Source: Octopus vulgaris (Eukaryota). Taken from it: a stretch of 64,000 nt of DNA. The position numbers were made by a program, and so were the translations under genes. Location: the NCBI GenBank assembly GCA_951406725.2, contig OX597817.1, positions 25,792,001 through 25,856,000 of the forward strand, given 5' to 3'. Shown here in pieces: positions 24,504 to 38,707 of the stretch (position 1 is the stretch's first letter; each line of letters opens with the position of its first letter). The notes beneath the pieces are model-generated. The model was not told where the DNA came from. It did not search any database and was given only the letters and a program-made list of their open reading frames with translations.

Positions 24504-24795
24504 TAGGCACAGGCATGGCTGTAAGGTAAGAAGCTTTCTTCCCAACCACATGATTCTGGGTTCATTCCCACAGTGTAGTACCTTGGGCAAGTGTTTTCTA
24601 CTATAGCCTTGGGCCAACCAAAGCCTTGTGAGTGGATTTGTTAGACAGAAACTAAAAGAAGCCTGTTGTGTGTGTGTGTTATATCTATGTGTGTGTGTGT
24701 CTTTGCATCTGTGCTTGGCCCCACCACTGCTTGACAAATTCAAGGTAGTGACCCAACAGGGGTGCAGCATAATGATTGAAACAAGTAAAAGATAA
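24504..24795 (+). mobile_element. SINE family A, old and internally deleted
   Basis: aggcacaggcatggctgtaaggtaag head, ccttgggcaagtg body, gaaacaagtaaaagataa tail. Confidence 0.7.
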
Positions 24796-25040
24796 ACATT
24801 TTATCCGATGGACTAATGATTGTGCCAGCTTGACACCTTAATAATAATGACTTTTTGATTCTGGTACAAGGATGGCAAGGGGTTAAGCAGGTAAGACCCA
24901 CCTCATTACAAAACAGAAACGTTTTTTAATTGACCAAAATGGATGAAAGACAAATTTGACTTCACCAGAGATTTTACTCAGAATGTAAAGTGCTGGAAGA
25001 AATACCACAAAGCATTTCTTCTGATGTACTAATAATTCTC

Positions 25041-25350
25041 GTGGAGGCACATAGCCTAGTGGTTAGAGCAGCAGCCTCGCAGTCGAGGGATCATGGGTTT
25101 GAATCTCAGACTGGGCGATATGTATGTTTATGAGTGAAACACCTAAGCTCCTCATGGATCTGACAGAAGGTAGTGGCAAACTTCTGCTGACTCTTTCGCC
25201 ACAACTTTCTCTCACTCTTTCCTCCTGCATCTTGCAGCTCACCTGTGACGGACCAGCGTCCCATTCAGGTGGGGAAGCTATACGCCAAGGAAACCAGGAA
25301 ACCGGCCCTTATGAGCCAGGCATGGCTCGAGAAGGAACAAACAACAAACT
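25041..25350 (+). mobile_element. SINE family D-related copy, inserted in a family C SINE
   Basis: gtggaggcacatagcctagtggttagagc head and (CAA)n tail. Flanked by ctaat(a/g)attct, a probable TSD. Confidence 0.7.
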
Positions 25351-25879
25351 AATGATTCTGGCAGCTCACTGCCTCTAATGGTGTCAAATTTTGGCACAAA
25401 GCCAGCAGTACTACAGGGAGCAGTTTAGTGAACTGCATTGATCCTAGTACTTGACCTGTAGTTTATCCTTTTGATTCTGAAAGAATAGAATGTAAATGTA
25501 AAATCAACCAAAGTGGGATTTGAACTCAGAATGTATGGAGTGGGGAGAAATCTTGTTAAGGATTTTGTCCAACCCACTTAATGATTCTGCCATCTCACAA
25601 CCTCTTGTAATTGTAATATCAATACTTTATATTTCCACAAGATTTCGGAGGTTTAGGAATGGTGTAATGAAATTGTACCCTCAACTTGTATAGCATTTGT
25701 TTTATAGGTTTATGAAGGTTGAAATGCAAAGCCATCCTTGGTGAAGTTTAAACCTATAACACAGAGTGTTAAGCAAAATGCTTTAACACATTACTCATTC
25801 ACTACATCCATTACATTCTATGTAATAAATTCATTAAATATACACATATAATATACATTTATAAATATATAATATGTGC

Positions 25880-25945
25880 AGCTATATCAATATATATATA
25901 TAAACATGGATACATACATACCTATATATATATATATATATATAT

Positions 25946-25996
<51 letters not shown>

Positions 25997-26056
25997 TTTA
26001 TATATGCATATATATATGTGTATATATGTATATATATATATATATGTGTATATATG

Positions 26057-26094
<38 letters not shown>

Positions 26095-26156
26095 TACATA
26101 TATGTGTGTGTGAATATATGTATATATATATATATGTATGTATATATGTATATATG

Positions 26157-26207
<51 letters not shown>

Positions 26208-26225
26208 ATGCAAATATATATACAA
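25880..26225. repeat. (TA)n/(GATA)n compound microsatellite
   Basis: Directly visible. Confidence 0.95.
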
Positions 26226-27299
26226 ATACACAAAGAGATTTTAACATTTTGAATACAAATATATATGCATGTACACAACAGGCACTCATATATAATTACA
26301 TACATACATTTACATGCCTACTCATACACCTCATATGTGCTCACGTACACCCAGCCATACAGACACCCAACATATATATGTATGTATACACACGTAAATT
26401 AGATTATCTTATTTCTTGTTCTCATATATATATATTTATTTTTCTATTTGTATGTCGACACTTGCGTATCTTTCTTAATGCGTGTGACAACTCGTCTCTT
26501 CCTTCCTAATTTGTGACTTTTCTTTCTATATTTTCATTTACATACTATTTTGTAAAATGTTATTACAATGGTTTGCCATTTATTTTAATATAATTGCTTA
26601 TAAATATGTAAATAACTTGTAATAAGCTTTGAATATCTGATAGGTTCTAACTGAAAGATCCCATAATTATCTTGCAAAACTACAAACATTTGGCGAAAGT
26701 GCTACTTGAATGGAAATCAAATACAGAATGCTTACTGACTTGCAGCTACTCAAGTGGTTTGTTTGGTGGTAGAGATAAAAAAAGTCAGTGGTTCTTACCA
26801 TACTACTGGCACTGTTTGCCTGTTGTAGGGAAGTGGATTAACAGAATTGTTAAAGCAGCAAACAAAATGCGTTGTATTATTTTGTTTTGGATCTATACTT
26901 TTTAAGTTCAAATCCTGCTTAGGGTAGCTTTGTTTTTCATCCTCCAGGTGGTGGTAGGTCAATAAACCAAAGCATCAAACGAGTATTGAAATGAGTTTAA
27001 TTAACCATTCCCTCTTCCAAATTCCTGAATTAATGGATAACTTAGACATGATTGTGTTGTGTAACTTTGTATTCTTATATTCTCACCGTGGCTATCTTAG
27101 TAGCATTATAGGCCACCAGGCAAATCAATGTTTGGGGCCCTATAGTACTTATTTATTGAAAGCAAACCACAGCATACATTGATCAGAAAAGGGCTTGTTG
27201 ACTTGCAGGGCTTCCGGACTACTGGCTAGAATATCCATGCTTCAAGGCAGTACTGATTCTCATAATAGCTTAGTTTACCTTGTAACTAGTGACAAAATA

Positions 27300-27626
27300 A
27301 ATACCCCTTTGAATTACCATGGAATCGCACCTAGAAATTTACCCTCCAAGGCATAAGTCCAGTCAAGTTTGTTTATGAAAGACCAGTAGTCACCCATGCA
27401 TACCAACCAGCCTCCTCTCTCCATGCCATCGATGTTCTAGGGAAAGGCAAAGATCAATGCAACTTGGCACCAGTGACATCACAACTCATTTCTACAGCTG
27501 AGTGAACTGGAGCAACATGAAATAAAGTGTCTTGCTCAAGAACATAACACACATCCCGGTCCAGGAATCGAACTAATCACCTTATGATTGTGAGCCCGGA
27601 GCTCTAACCAGTGAGCCATGCACCTA
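27300..27626 (-). mobile_element. tRNA-derived SINE family F
   Basis: Minus-strand head AGGTGCATGGCTCACTGGTTAGAGC, B box GTTCGATTCC, CORE/V-like TTGAGCAAGACACTTTA..TTGCTCCAGTTCACTCAGCTG. Confidence 0.7.
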
Positions 27627-29214
27627 CAGTCACAGAATAGTCACATGTTTAAGAAGTTTGCTTTGGAACCATGGGGTCCTTGGTTTCACTCCATTGCATG
27701 GTATCTTGGGTAAATATTTTCTATAGCCTCTGGTCAACCCAAAACTTATGAATGAAAGTAATTGAGTAGGGAGAAATTTTATAGAAGCCTATCAGGTTGT
27801 ATACAGCCTTGTCACACAATCTGACAATCTGATTCTGCCCAAAGTTCTTTTTAAACACAAAACTTCTCGCCTAGTTAAACTAGTATTTGTTGGTCATTTA
27901 TACAAAGGTGTTCTAAGCAAATTTAAGGTAACACACCAATGTATATTACACACAAGAGAGCCTTTACATGGTCTCTCAACTTGCTAAGAATAGGAACCAA
28001 ATCTCTCTCACATCACAATTTTACATATAGACATATATATGAGAGAATTTAGTTCTGTATTATGCTGAACAGAGGAGGTAGTCATGGTTGGAACACCTTT
28101 GATCCTTGGTCCACTCAATCATAATTAACCTGGCGTTAACAACAATAGCTACAACACTCTTTAGCTGCTAAATAATTACAAAATTGTTTAGAATTACATG
28201 ACGGAGTGCTTAATCATAGAACAAGCGCTAGCATTTAAAAAATAATTAGCTTCAAGTATTCAAGTTATTTTGCAAACCTTTTCCAAAAATAAAGTTACTT
28301 TGAATTATGTAAAAAAGGAAAAGAAAAATGATGTAAAAAAAATATCACCAAAATTAAATCAAATAGTGGGGGGTGGGGTGAAGTATTGCTTTTGTTACAC
28401 ACCAATAAATTGTTATAATTCATCAGTAACATTTCTTATTGAGATTTAGTTCCATTAATTATTCATTATTGAAATTGCACTATTGTCTGCTTCTTTTAAA
28501 AGTTAGCTAGATTATGTTTCTTCATTTATTTAATTTCAATTCGATTTAAAATAAATACCGGTTGTTTTTATTTTCTTTATGTCATGTTTATTTTTGAAAA
28601 AAAAAGTTTTTCACCATTTTATTACAATGAATCTTTTTACTCAATTTTTTATGAAACATTTTTATGATACCCATCAATTTTGTCTCCTAGTGTGTGTATT
28701 CTGTATTTAGAAGTATAATGACTTTGTGGTTAAGATGTTAGAATAAAGAATTGTGAGTTATGGATTTAAACTGAAACAAGCTTCATTAAACTTTCTTGCT
28801 CCACTCGACCAAGCTAAAATCTCTTAACTGTAGACGATGTGATACAAATTCATAGATGTGGGATAGGTCTATCACTGAATGCTATATGTAAGGAAAAACT
28901 GATATCAGATCTACCTCTAGGAACAATGTTTTTCTTTTCTTTTTATGAGGTTTGTTCTGAAAGATGAAGCTATTCCCTGGGCTTTCACAATCCCTTTGAT
29001 ACAAATGAGATGATATTAAATAACTGTAAGTTGTTGACCGTAAGAAAATCATAGCTTGTAAGAGGACTTAATGAGAGGAAATTCTGGGAAGAAAGGATAG
29101 GAATAAAAGATAGAAATGAGCTTAGAATAGATGTAGAATCATATGTGTTATGCAGGCCTATGACAGTTGTATGGAATTAGTCTGTTCTGTGGACCAACGG
29201 CCTGTATAGTAATT

Positions 29215-30125
29215 GAGCCTGTTGGTTTGTAGTATATGTCAGTTGCAATTTGGTTGTTGGACATTCTTTAAAATCAAAATGTCCAGAAATGGGAGCTGTT
29301 CCTTGCTGTATTCCATTGTAAATTGAATGTTGGGGTTTATATTGTTCACTGTAGATTTGAAATCCAGGAATTTATCATAGGTTTCATTCCAGATGATAAA
29401 ACAATCGTCTAGGTATCTTTTCTAGTTTTCTCTTTTATACTGGTGGAATGGGGTTCCAAATTTTTGGAGTGAAAGTTCATATAGGGTAGATTCAAAGAAA
29501 GCCATTATTAGGTTCGCAAGAACAGCTGCTGCTTTTGCTCCCATTGCAATGCCGCATTTTTGACGGTAGTATGTTGTATCGAAAAGGAATTAATTGTTTT
29601 GTAGGATGAACTTCAGAGATTTAATGACAAAAGTCTGGTTTATGTGGTCCAGGAGAACTTCGGGGTATTTTTCTAACCAGAATTTTATTGCATCTATTCC
29701 ATAGTCATGTGGAATGCTAGTGTAGAGGTTGATGACATCGAAGGAGACTAATAGATCTTCTTCGTTGGTGGTTTTTGGTAGCTGCTCTAGCATGTCCAGA
29801 TCGTCTCTAATGAAACTTTTAATGTATTTGAGGAAAGGTTTCAATAGTATGTCCAGAAAGTTGCTTAGGTAGTGTGTTTCACAGGCTGGGCCAGCAATAA
29901 TAGGCCTTAATTTTAAGTCTTCTGGTGTTGGGATATTTATGTATAAACCCGGATTTGATTTGCAGGCATTAGTAATTATTTGACTTGTGTGGATTTGGGG
30001 GAGGCCATAGAAAAGGCCTGGTTTGCATTTGAAGTTTGTGATGTAATTTTTCCTTTTCTGTCAGGCTTTTTCCATGTTTGAATATTAAAGTTACAAGATT
30101 TAAAAAAAGTTTTTTGCTGCCTATA
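29215..30125 (-). pseudogene. Penelope-like element reverse transcriptase fragment (disrupted)
   Basis: Minus-strand motifs FYGLP, LRPIIAGPAC, LLVSFDVINLYTSIP, YYRQKCGIAMG, RYLDDC, NIQFTMEYSKEQLPFLD and TDIYYKPT are the classic PLE RT/thumb motifs. Stops and frameshifts are present. Confidence 0.9.
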
Positions 30126-30129
30126 ATGT

Positions 30130-30292
30130 GCACCATGACGGAGTAGGTGCCAGGAGGAGGTAAAAGACCAAGAGGAAGACCAAGGAAGATGTGGCACAGC
30201 TTGGTATGACAGTGTTGTGAGCTGGTCTCAGTGAAGCTAGAAGGCTTGTTTCCCATTGTGCTGACAGTACCTGAAGAGCTACGAGACTATGT
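30130..30292 (+). mobile_element. RTE-like LINE 3' tip
   Basis: GGKRPRGRPRKMW motif. Homologous to 33146-33302 on the opposite strand. Confidence 0.7.
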
Positions 30293-30384
30293 GCTGTATA
30301 TCAGTTTTTAAAATATTTAAATGTATCAATCATTAAATTGTTAAAAATCTATGAATGCACAAATATTCATAGACAGTTTATCTA

Positions 30385-31605
30385 AAGAGGGTTACCTATT
30401 TCCTTGAATTAATTACATATATTTTCTGAAAAATCTAATCTCAATGCCACTTGGTGCATCTTTCTTTTGCAGCACTTCTCCATTATTCGTCTATTTTTGT
30501 GATGACTAAAATGAAGGATCAGCATGCTTCCATGAAATTCTGTTATCTGTTGGGGAAAACAACAGTCAAAAGAGTTGTCATGCTTCAAACAGCTTACAAA
30601 CAACTACGATGAGCAAAACCCAAGTTTACGAGTGGTATTCACACTTTGGGAATGGTTACTTGTCACTTGAAGACCAAACTCCTTCAGGGCCTCCTGAGCG
30701 AATGAAAACATCATGAAAATTCATGAACTGATTTTAGAGGAACATCACTGAACAAATGATGAACTTGTTGATATCTCTGGGGTATCCTGGAGCTCACTTT
30801 TCCTTTTGAGTGAGAAACTACGAATGAAAAGCGTTCCATCAAAATTTGAGTCTCCCTTGCTCACAGAAGATCAAAAGCAGTCACAACTGAATGCATGTCG
30901 TGAACTGAAAAGACAGGTGGGAGTTGATCCAAACCTTTTTCCATATATAAATAGATGATGAAAGCTGGTGCTACGGCTACAACCCAGAAATGAAGCAGCA
31001 ATCAAATCAAAGGAAACATTCAATGTCACTCCCAAAAGCATGTCAAGTAAAGGCCATTGGCAAAACAATACTGATTCGTTTCTTCGATGTGAAAGGGATT
31101 GTCCACAGAATTTGTCCCTCCTGGTCACACTGTCAACCAGACATTTTACTTGGCAGGTCTGAAGAATTTGTGACACACAGTAAGACAACAACACTCCGAC
31201 CTGCAGCAAAGTGGAGAGTAGTAGTTTAAGCACGACAATGCACCTATGCACACTGCCTTGAATGCGAGATAGTTTTTACCAAAAAATTGCATGACCTCAC
31301 TTACCCTATTCACCCAGTCTTGCTCCCTGAGACTTTTTTCTGTTCCCCTAAATGATAAAAAGTCCTTAAAATAAAACGTTTTGCAGAAGTGGAAGAGGTG
31401 AAGAAAAAAAAAATAAAACGATGGTGATGTTAAAAGGCACCACTTCACGAGAGTTCTTGGACTGCATCAAACAGAAGGAAACGAGTCTGAACTGATGCAC
31501 TACTTCAAATGGAGAATACTTTGAGGATGATAAAAATGGAACATGTAAAACCAAGTGATTAAGATAATATTGCAAAATTCTGTTTTCTTTTGGGTACCCC
31601 CACAT
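30385..31605 (+). mobile_element. Degenerate mariner element
   Basis: MKFCYLLGK, MSKTQVYEW, DDESWCYGYNPEMKQQS, HDNAPMH and PYSPSLAP*DFFLFP motifs with many frameshifts. Right TIR-like ttttgggtacccc near 31590. Confidence 0.85.
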
Positions 31606-32584
31606 ATACATGTATGATGAATGTATGTATGTATGTATGCATGTATGTATGTATGTATGCATGCATGTATGCATGCATGTCATGTATGTATGTATGTATG
31701 TATGTATGTATGTATGCATGCATATATATGTGTGTGTGTGTGTGTGTCTGTATGCATATATATATATGTGTGTAAGTGTGTGTGTGTATGAGTCAGCATT
31801 GGGCTTCGTCTCATGCACTCCATACACAACTCTCTCTCTTCTGCTTTCTCTTCTGAACCACCTTTATTGTCTCTCCTAACATAAGCCTGTATTTATCTTA
31901 TCCCTCACCTTTACCTTCACCCAACCCTGCTATAGTTAATCACTCCCCTCTACTTACTCTCACCTTAATATGCCTTCTTCTACCTTTGTCCACCTGCTGT
32001 TGCCAATCACTTCTCATTCCACGAACTTCATCTACATAACCCTGCCTTCTTCCCATCAAGCTCATGTGCCTTCCATTTTCCCCGACCCATTCTGGTCCTT
32101 CTGATGTCATTGCTCTTTCTCTTTATTGTCAGTCACTTTAGTCCTCTTTACAAATGTACACACCCTAATTCACTGAGTACTCTCTTTCTCTACTTACGTT
32201 TATTACCCTATCCCCACCTCCCAAATTCCTATTTATAATCTTTCTATCCTCAAATCTACCTCTTCAAGTTTGTGTTTACTATGTAAGAACTCCACCTGGC
32301 TACTCACTGTCCACTTTGTAAAATAGTAGACTAAAAGACCAGAGAAACAGGATAGTTATGAAGCTCATCTCGGCCTGATTTACCAAGGACAATTCAACCT
32401 CTCTAATGTTGGTGTCATGAAAAAGTGCACTGAGTACACTCAGTAAAGTAGCTGACCTCAAGAAAGACAACCAGGTGTAGAAGCAATGACAAATAAAATG
32501 TCTCCTCATCTCTTGGAGCAGAAGCTTCTAATGAAAGGTGACTTGGACCATAACATTTCAGCTTAAATATAAAATGATGATCAG

Positions 32585-32985
32585 AATGGAAATCGATCAG
32601 AATGGATCAGAAATCGATCAGAATGGAAATCGATCAATGGAAATTGCAGATGTGTTACCAGTGCCGGTGGCATGTAAGAGAACCTTCTGTTTCGCGACCG
32701 TTGCAGCACTGCCCCGTTTCGTGTCCGTTGCCAGCCTCGCCTGGCCCTCGTGCCGGTGGCACATAAAAAGCACCATCCGTTCGTGGCCGTTTGCCAGCTC
32801 TGTCTGGCACCTGTGTGGGTGGCACGTAAAAAGCACCCACTACACTCACGGAGTGGTTGGCGTTAGGAAGGGCATCCAGCCGTAGAAACACTGCCAGATT
32901 TGACTGGGCCTGATGAAGCCTTCTGGCTTCACAGACCCCAGTAGAACCGTCCAACCCATGCTAGCATGGAAAACGGACGCTAAAC

Positions 32986-33022
<37 letters not shown>

Positions 33023-33030
33023 GTGATGAT
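32585..33030 (+). mobile_element. RTE 3' UTR fragment (family B)
   Basis: Family B motifs, 5' (gatcagaatggaaatc) repeats, (GAT)n tail. Confidence 0.8.
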
Positions 33031-33145
33031 GATAATAATCCTCCTATTACTATGTTAGTGCTGCTCTAACACACAGACACACAGACATACTGAAAATGAT
33101 AAATTCATTATAAATAGGAAGTTCACTGATTAATATAATAATTGA

Positions 33146-33405
33146 ACATAATCTCTTAGCTCTTCAGGTGCTGTCAGCACAATGGGAAACAAGCCTTCTA
33201 GCTTCGCGAGACCAGCTCACAACACTGTCATACGAAGCTGTGCCACATCATCCTTCATCTTCCTCTTGGTCTTTTACCTCCTCCTGGCACCTACTCCGTC
33301 ATAATGGTTGCATGTCTCTCCTGGTCAGTAAATCATATCTGCTGCTTAGTCATCATGTCCTGCAAACTTTGCATACCTGTACTTCTCATCACCTCTGACA
33401 TTGCC
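33146..33405 (-). mobile_element. RTE-like LINE 3' fragment
   Basis: Reverse complement of 30130-30292, extending upstream through a KFAGH-like segment (gcaaagtttgcaggacat). Confidence 0.7.
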
Positions 33406-33477
33406 TTACCTGGATAGATAAAGCACCATCAGCATTCCAATGCAGGTTTGATTGTTATTGATGAATTTGATCTTCAA

Positions 33478-33718
33478 AGCACCATCCGTTCGTGGCCGTT
33501 TGCCAGCTCTGTCTGGCACCTGTGCGGGTGGCACGTAAAAAGCACCCACTACACTCACGGAGTGGTTGGTGTTAGGAAGGGCATCCAGCCGTAGAAACAC
33601 TGCCAAATCTGACTGGGCCTGATGAAGCCTTCCAGCTTCACAGACCCCAGTTGAACCGTCCAACCCATGCTAGCATGGAGAACGGACGCTAAATGATGAT
33701 GATGATGATGATGATGAT
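33478..33718 (+). mobile_element. RTE 3' UTR fragment (family B)
   Basis: Nearly identical to 32768-32990. Confidence 0.8.
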
Positions 33719-33719
33719 C

Positions 33720-33880
33720 AGTAACAATCAAACCTGCAGCTTTACTCATCTATTGATAAACCAACAGCTATCTACGCCTGTGACACCTGGAAGAAAACAG
33801 CAAAGAGCTCTCAATTGCTGGACAGGTTCCACCACTGCTACCTATCAATCCTGCACATCTCTTACTGGGACAGAAGGAGA
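33720..33880 (+). mobile_element. RTE ORF2 fragment
   Basis: LQLYSSIDKPTAIYACDTWKKTAKSSQLLDRFHHCYLSIL resembles the RTE LY..iV.p..lYgcEtW...L..F...cL..Il region. Confidence 0.65.
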
Positions 33881-34057
33881 ATTGAACACAATAGGAAATT
33901 AATAATTTTTCTGTCTCTTTTTATGAAACACCCCGCAATTAGTTTTATTATGACACACACTGAGTGGATGGTAGAATAATGGATAATGACAATGCTAAGA
34001 ACTAAATGCAAGTGACAATTCACAAATGCATATTGCTTATTATATCCTTTCAACCAT

Positions 34058-34287
34058 ATCATCATCATCGTTTAACATCCATTTTCCATGCTAGCATAGG
34101 TTGGACGGTTCGACCAAAGTCTGGGATGCCAGTAGGCTGCACCAGGCTCCAGTCTGATCTGGCAGAGTTTCTACAGCTGGATGCCCTTCCTAACGCTAAC
34201 CACTCCATGAGTGTAGTGGGTGCTTTTTACATGCCACTGGCACAGGGGCCAGGCGATGCTGGCAACGGCCACGATCAGTTGGTGCTA
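34058..34287 (-). mobile_element. RTE 3' UTR fragment (family B)
   Basis: Family B motifs. Confidence 0.8.
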
Positions 34288-36086
34288 TCCAATACTCCTC
34301 CCTTTCACCCAAAATCATGCCTCTTAATTCACTTTCAATTTGAATTCAGTCATCCTTTTCTTTACTTACTTCTTTCTGTCTATACTCAGCCTGCTACTTC
34401 TACAAGACTTAGAATTTCTTATTAATTTTCTTAATCATGTCTAATAAACACAATATTTTCATAGTAAGAAGTATACTAAAAATTAACAGAACCCAGTTAT
34501 CTTTGAAACATTTCTGTTCTTGCAATATTGAGATACAATCTGGCTGAAATTTGTTTTCAAATTTCATAACCCAAGAATTAAAATGTTTGCTAGGTTACGT
34601 TTTTGTTACTACTTACATCAGACTAGTAGATTCAGCACAGTAACAGATCACACATAATTTATTATAAAATCACGACATGGTAGGTAGTTTAACATCTATT
34701 CTTCACGTTTTACAGCAAATATTTAATGCATCAACATGCAGGAACTATTCGTTTCTTTTAGCACAGTTTAATTCTTGTAGCATTGAAACTTTTCTCATGC
34801 AATAGACACAAGTCTTACAAAACAAATGCAACTAAAATCATCTTTAAAAACCATAATGATTTAACAGTTAGAAAAAGCTACTTTAAGGCTGATAAACTCC
34901 CAGAGAATATTATTTTGCTCTCCAGAGAATGATTAAGTTTGTTTGCTAAATAATTTCCATAAAAATTTATCAACCGTCAATAACTCATTTTGTTTAAAAT
35001 ACAAGAATTGTTTGGAATATTTCTTTAAAAAAATGTTTGCATAGCATTCATCTTTATATAACTATTTTGTTTGTCTTCTCTTCTCCTCTTTCCAAGAGAA
35101 AATAAAACTGTTTCAATTAATTTATACTTTAATTTTATACACTTCTGGAATTAACCAAATTCTATCAATTGCATGGAAAGAGGATAATTTATTTTAAAAG
35201 ATATAATTAATTTAAAAGCAAGAGAAAGAAATTAATTTAAAATAATTCATCTTTTCCTTTAGTGTTTACATTATAAATGCAACCATTCTGCAATATTTAC
35301 ATATCTAAGAACACAAAACATTCATGTGTAGTTAGATCTATGTGAGAGCTATTTGGTGTTAGGTCATTATTGTTCAGAATGGTACGAAAGGGACAGATGC
35401 GAGATAATACGTAACCTTTCTTATAAATATTTACAATGTCAATGTGTTTAATAAATAATTACAAAATTGAAAACATACATCAAATAGTTTGATATGATGA
35501 TTAGAAGATTATGCTTGGTTAACAACAATGCTCCCAAGAGATTACAAATAATATTTTGTTGTAATATTCTTGGAATTTTTATGTCATTAAATTTCAAAAA
35601 TGCCAATATGCTAATTAATGATAAGCAGAATTTTAACTCATCGTCAAATGTGTGGTTCATACTTGCATGATCCCCAAGTGAATATAACTTTCTGAAGAAT
35701 TGGAAATTTTATTAATTGTAAAACCAATCAATTTTGAACGACAGAATTACACTTAAACTAGGAGAAATGACATTAATCTTATAAGAAAAGGCTACACATG
35801 CGTGAAGACAGAAATTCGTTCAACTCTGGGCCAGAAAACATTTGATAAAATTTGCATTATCAGATTATGTGTAGGCAGAAGCAGAGAATATAAACTTTCA
35901 GCAGACTCAATTTTATGTATCAAATGAAGAAATCTTTGTAGAACTGCATCACAGTTATATAGACTTATGAGAGCTACACATCTATAAAAATAAACTAAGC
36001 ATTAGGCAGATCGCTAAAGACATATTTTAAAATTCCACATGGTTTTATCTCTAATAAATGACAAAATCAACATAACAAGACTAAAG

Positions 36087-36156
<70 letters not shown>

Positions 36157-36215
36157 ACGTATGTATACACAAACACATTCACACACAAATATATATGATT
36201 ACACTCACATATATA

Positions 36216-37088
36216 CGTGTTCTGATCAATAAGTATCCAGACTGTTGCCATAGTAATGAAGCTAAAGTACATAAAGTAAAGCAGCTTGGCACAGATTGGC
36301 CATGAACTCTGCTGTGCATGCATACTAAGTTTTAACATTGTAGCTCACTTCTACAGTTTACAGCAGTTCTTGGAAGGAAGGTGTGTAGCAAGTGATCGTT
36401 GCATTGACCATGACAGAGTAAGTTGAGCAAAGAATCTGCATCGAATTTTGTCAAAAGTTTGTTGATACTTGCTCAGAGGCCTATGCAAAGTTTTCAAAAG
36501 TTTTTCCACCATTCTCGACACAATCAAGGAAATCTTGTGCAACTGAAAATCAAGTGTCTTTTTGGTCAACTGAAAGCAGTTTTGACAAACCTGGCAGACA
36601 CATGGGATAATAGACTGAACTGAACCATAACTAATCTGCACGTCCTCTGATAACTCATGGATGGTGATTCAATGATTTCCCCTCACAGCTGCATGCACAT
36701 CTGCGATGTTTTTCTCAGTTTTCTGGTTGTAGATTTTCCAGAACTTTCATCAATATTGACATTTTGTTGGCCATCTTGGAAACGTCTGAATGACTTGTAC
36801 ACATGTGTGCAACACATACACACCTGTCCATACACTTTCTGCAACCTTGCATTGGCCTCTGAGCAGGTATTGTCATGACGACTTTCTCTGTCATGGTCAA
36901 TGTGATGATCAAACGCTACACACCTTCCTGCCAAGCACTGCTGTAAACAACAGAAGTGAGCTATAACGTTAAAATATAGTGTGCATGCACAGAAGAGTTC
37001 AAGGTCAATATTTGTCAAGCGGTTTCTCTCTGTGTGCTTTAGCTTCGTTACTATGGCAACACTGTGAATACTTATTGATCAGGATTTT
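36216..37088. mobile_element. Non-autonomous mariner derivative made of two inward-facing 5' ends
   Basis: 36216-36492 is an inverted repeat of ~36845-37088. The left arm encodes MTE*VEQRICIEFCQK. The right arm (minus) encodes LQKVYG..VYKSFRRFQDG..ITIHELSEDVQISYGSVQSI (mariner HTH domains). TA flanks. Confidence 0.8.
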
Positions 37089-37102
37089 TATACACATATG
37101 TG

Positions 37103-37144
<42 letters not shown>

Positions 37145-37146
37145 TG

Positions 37147-37179
<33 letters not shown>

Positions 37180-37196
37180 GTGTATATATATGTATA

Positions 37197-37253
<57 letters not shown>

Positions 37254-37878
37254 GTCTGCTTTACTGTGCTAAAGTACTTTAAAGGGGATGAAATCCTATT
37301 GAGTAAAAAATATTGAAAAGAAAATTGTTTCCCCAAAATTTCATTAAACACCACATGCTTGCTACCACCGTCCAGAATATGGTAATTATATGTAAATATC
37401 ATGTGAAATGGAATAGCATTTGATTTATTTCTACTAATGGAAACTGTCAGTGTCCCTTTGAAGAATAAATTAAATTTCTTGTTCATAGATGCATGACAAT
37501 AGGAACATCAGTTTTTATCAACATTGGCTACTCATTACATATATGAATAATTGAGGCCCAGTTCAATTTTTCACATTGTAGTGCAGATCGATTCTTGGTC
37601 TAATACTGTAGATATTATGGGTACCTAAACTTCATTATCTTTAGTTCTGTTCAATACTGCTAGCATCTTTATTTTTAGCCACTTTGCTTTATCTGTTTAG
37701 CTTTTTGTATTACTTTTTCTGAGTGCATACGTGTATATATTTAAACATATATATAAACTTATATACAAATATACATAAATATATACATATCTCTACTTAT
37801 ACATATGAGTGTGTGTGTGTACATGCATGTGTATACACATGTATATATATATAAGTATATACATATATACATAGACAT

Positions 37879-37923
<45 letters not shown>

Positions 37924-37937
37924 CATATATACACACT

Positions 37938-37971
<34 letters not shown>

Positions 37972-37977
37972 AAACAA

Positions 37978-38263
37978 TAAAGGTTGCTCTTTTCAAGCCT
38001 AGTCAGGCTCACGGGCCCGGCTTCTCTGGCGTATGTGTTCCCCCCAGTCCATTGCAGCATTACTCAAGAAACAGGAAGAAAGAGTGAGAGAAAGTTGTGG
38101 TGAAAGAGTACAACAGGAGTCACCACCAACCCCTGCCGGAGCCTTGTGGAGCTTTTAGGTGTTTTCACCTAATAAACACACACAATGCCCGGTCTGGGAA
38201 TCGAAACCACGATCCTCTGACCGCGAGTCTGCTGCCCCTATCCACTGGACCATTGCGCCTCCA
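37978..38263 (-). mobile_element. SINE family D
   Basis: Same head and tail as 18255-18558. Confidence 0.8.
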
Positions 38264-38707
38264 CACACACACACACACAAATATATATATATATTCAAAA
38301 GATTCACAAAAATTGAGGTACATCAAGGTATAAGATACCTTGATGAAAACACAGGTCAGACAATGAAGTTATCCATAATACTATTGTTGCATAATTCTCA
38401 ATTTCAGTTATACCAACAATCCAATTCTTTGGTGAACTATTAGTGCAGCATAAACTAAAATAAATAACAAACGAATTGACATTTAAGCCCACAACTACTG
38501 TTTTAGATTTCTAGTATTACATAAAGTTAGTCAATCTTAGCCTCCTTCACCAGCTTTCATGGGTGAAGTTTTATAGAAGGGATGCCAATATATAAATAAA
38601 CCAAGACACTATTGCAACAGAAGTAAAACTCTGTACCTCAGATACCTCACTGCGTGCAATCAAGCAATAGGCATGGCACTTATAGAAATGCTCATAACCT
38701 CTAATAT

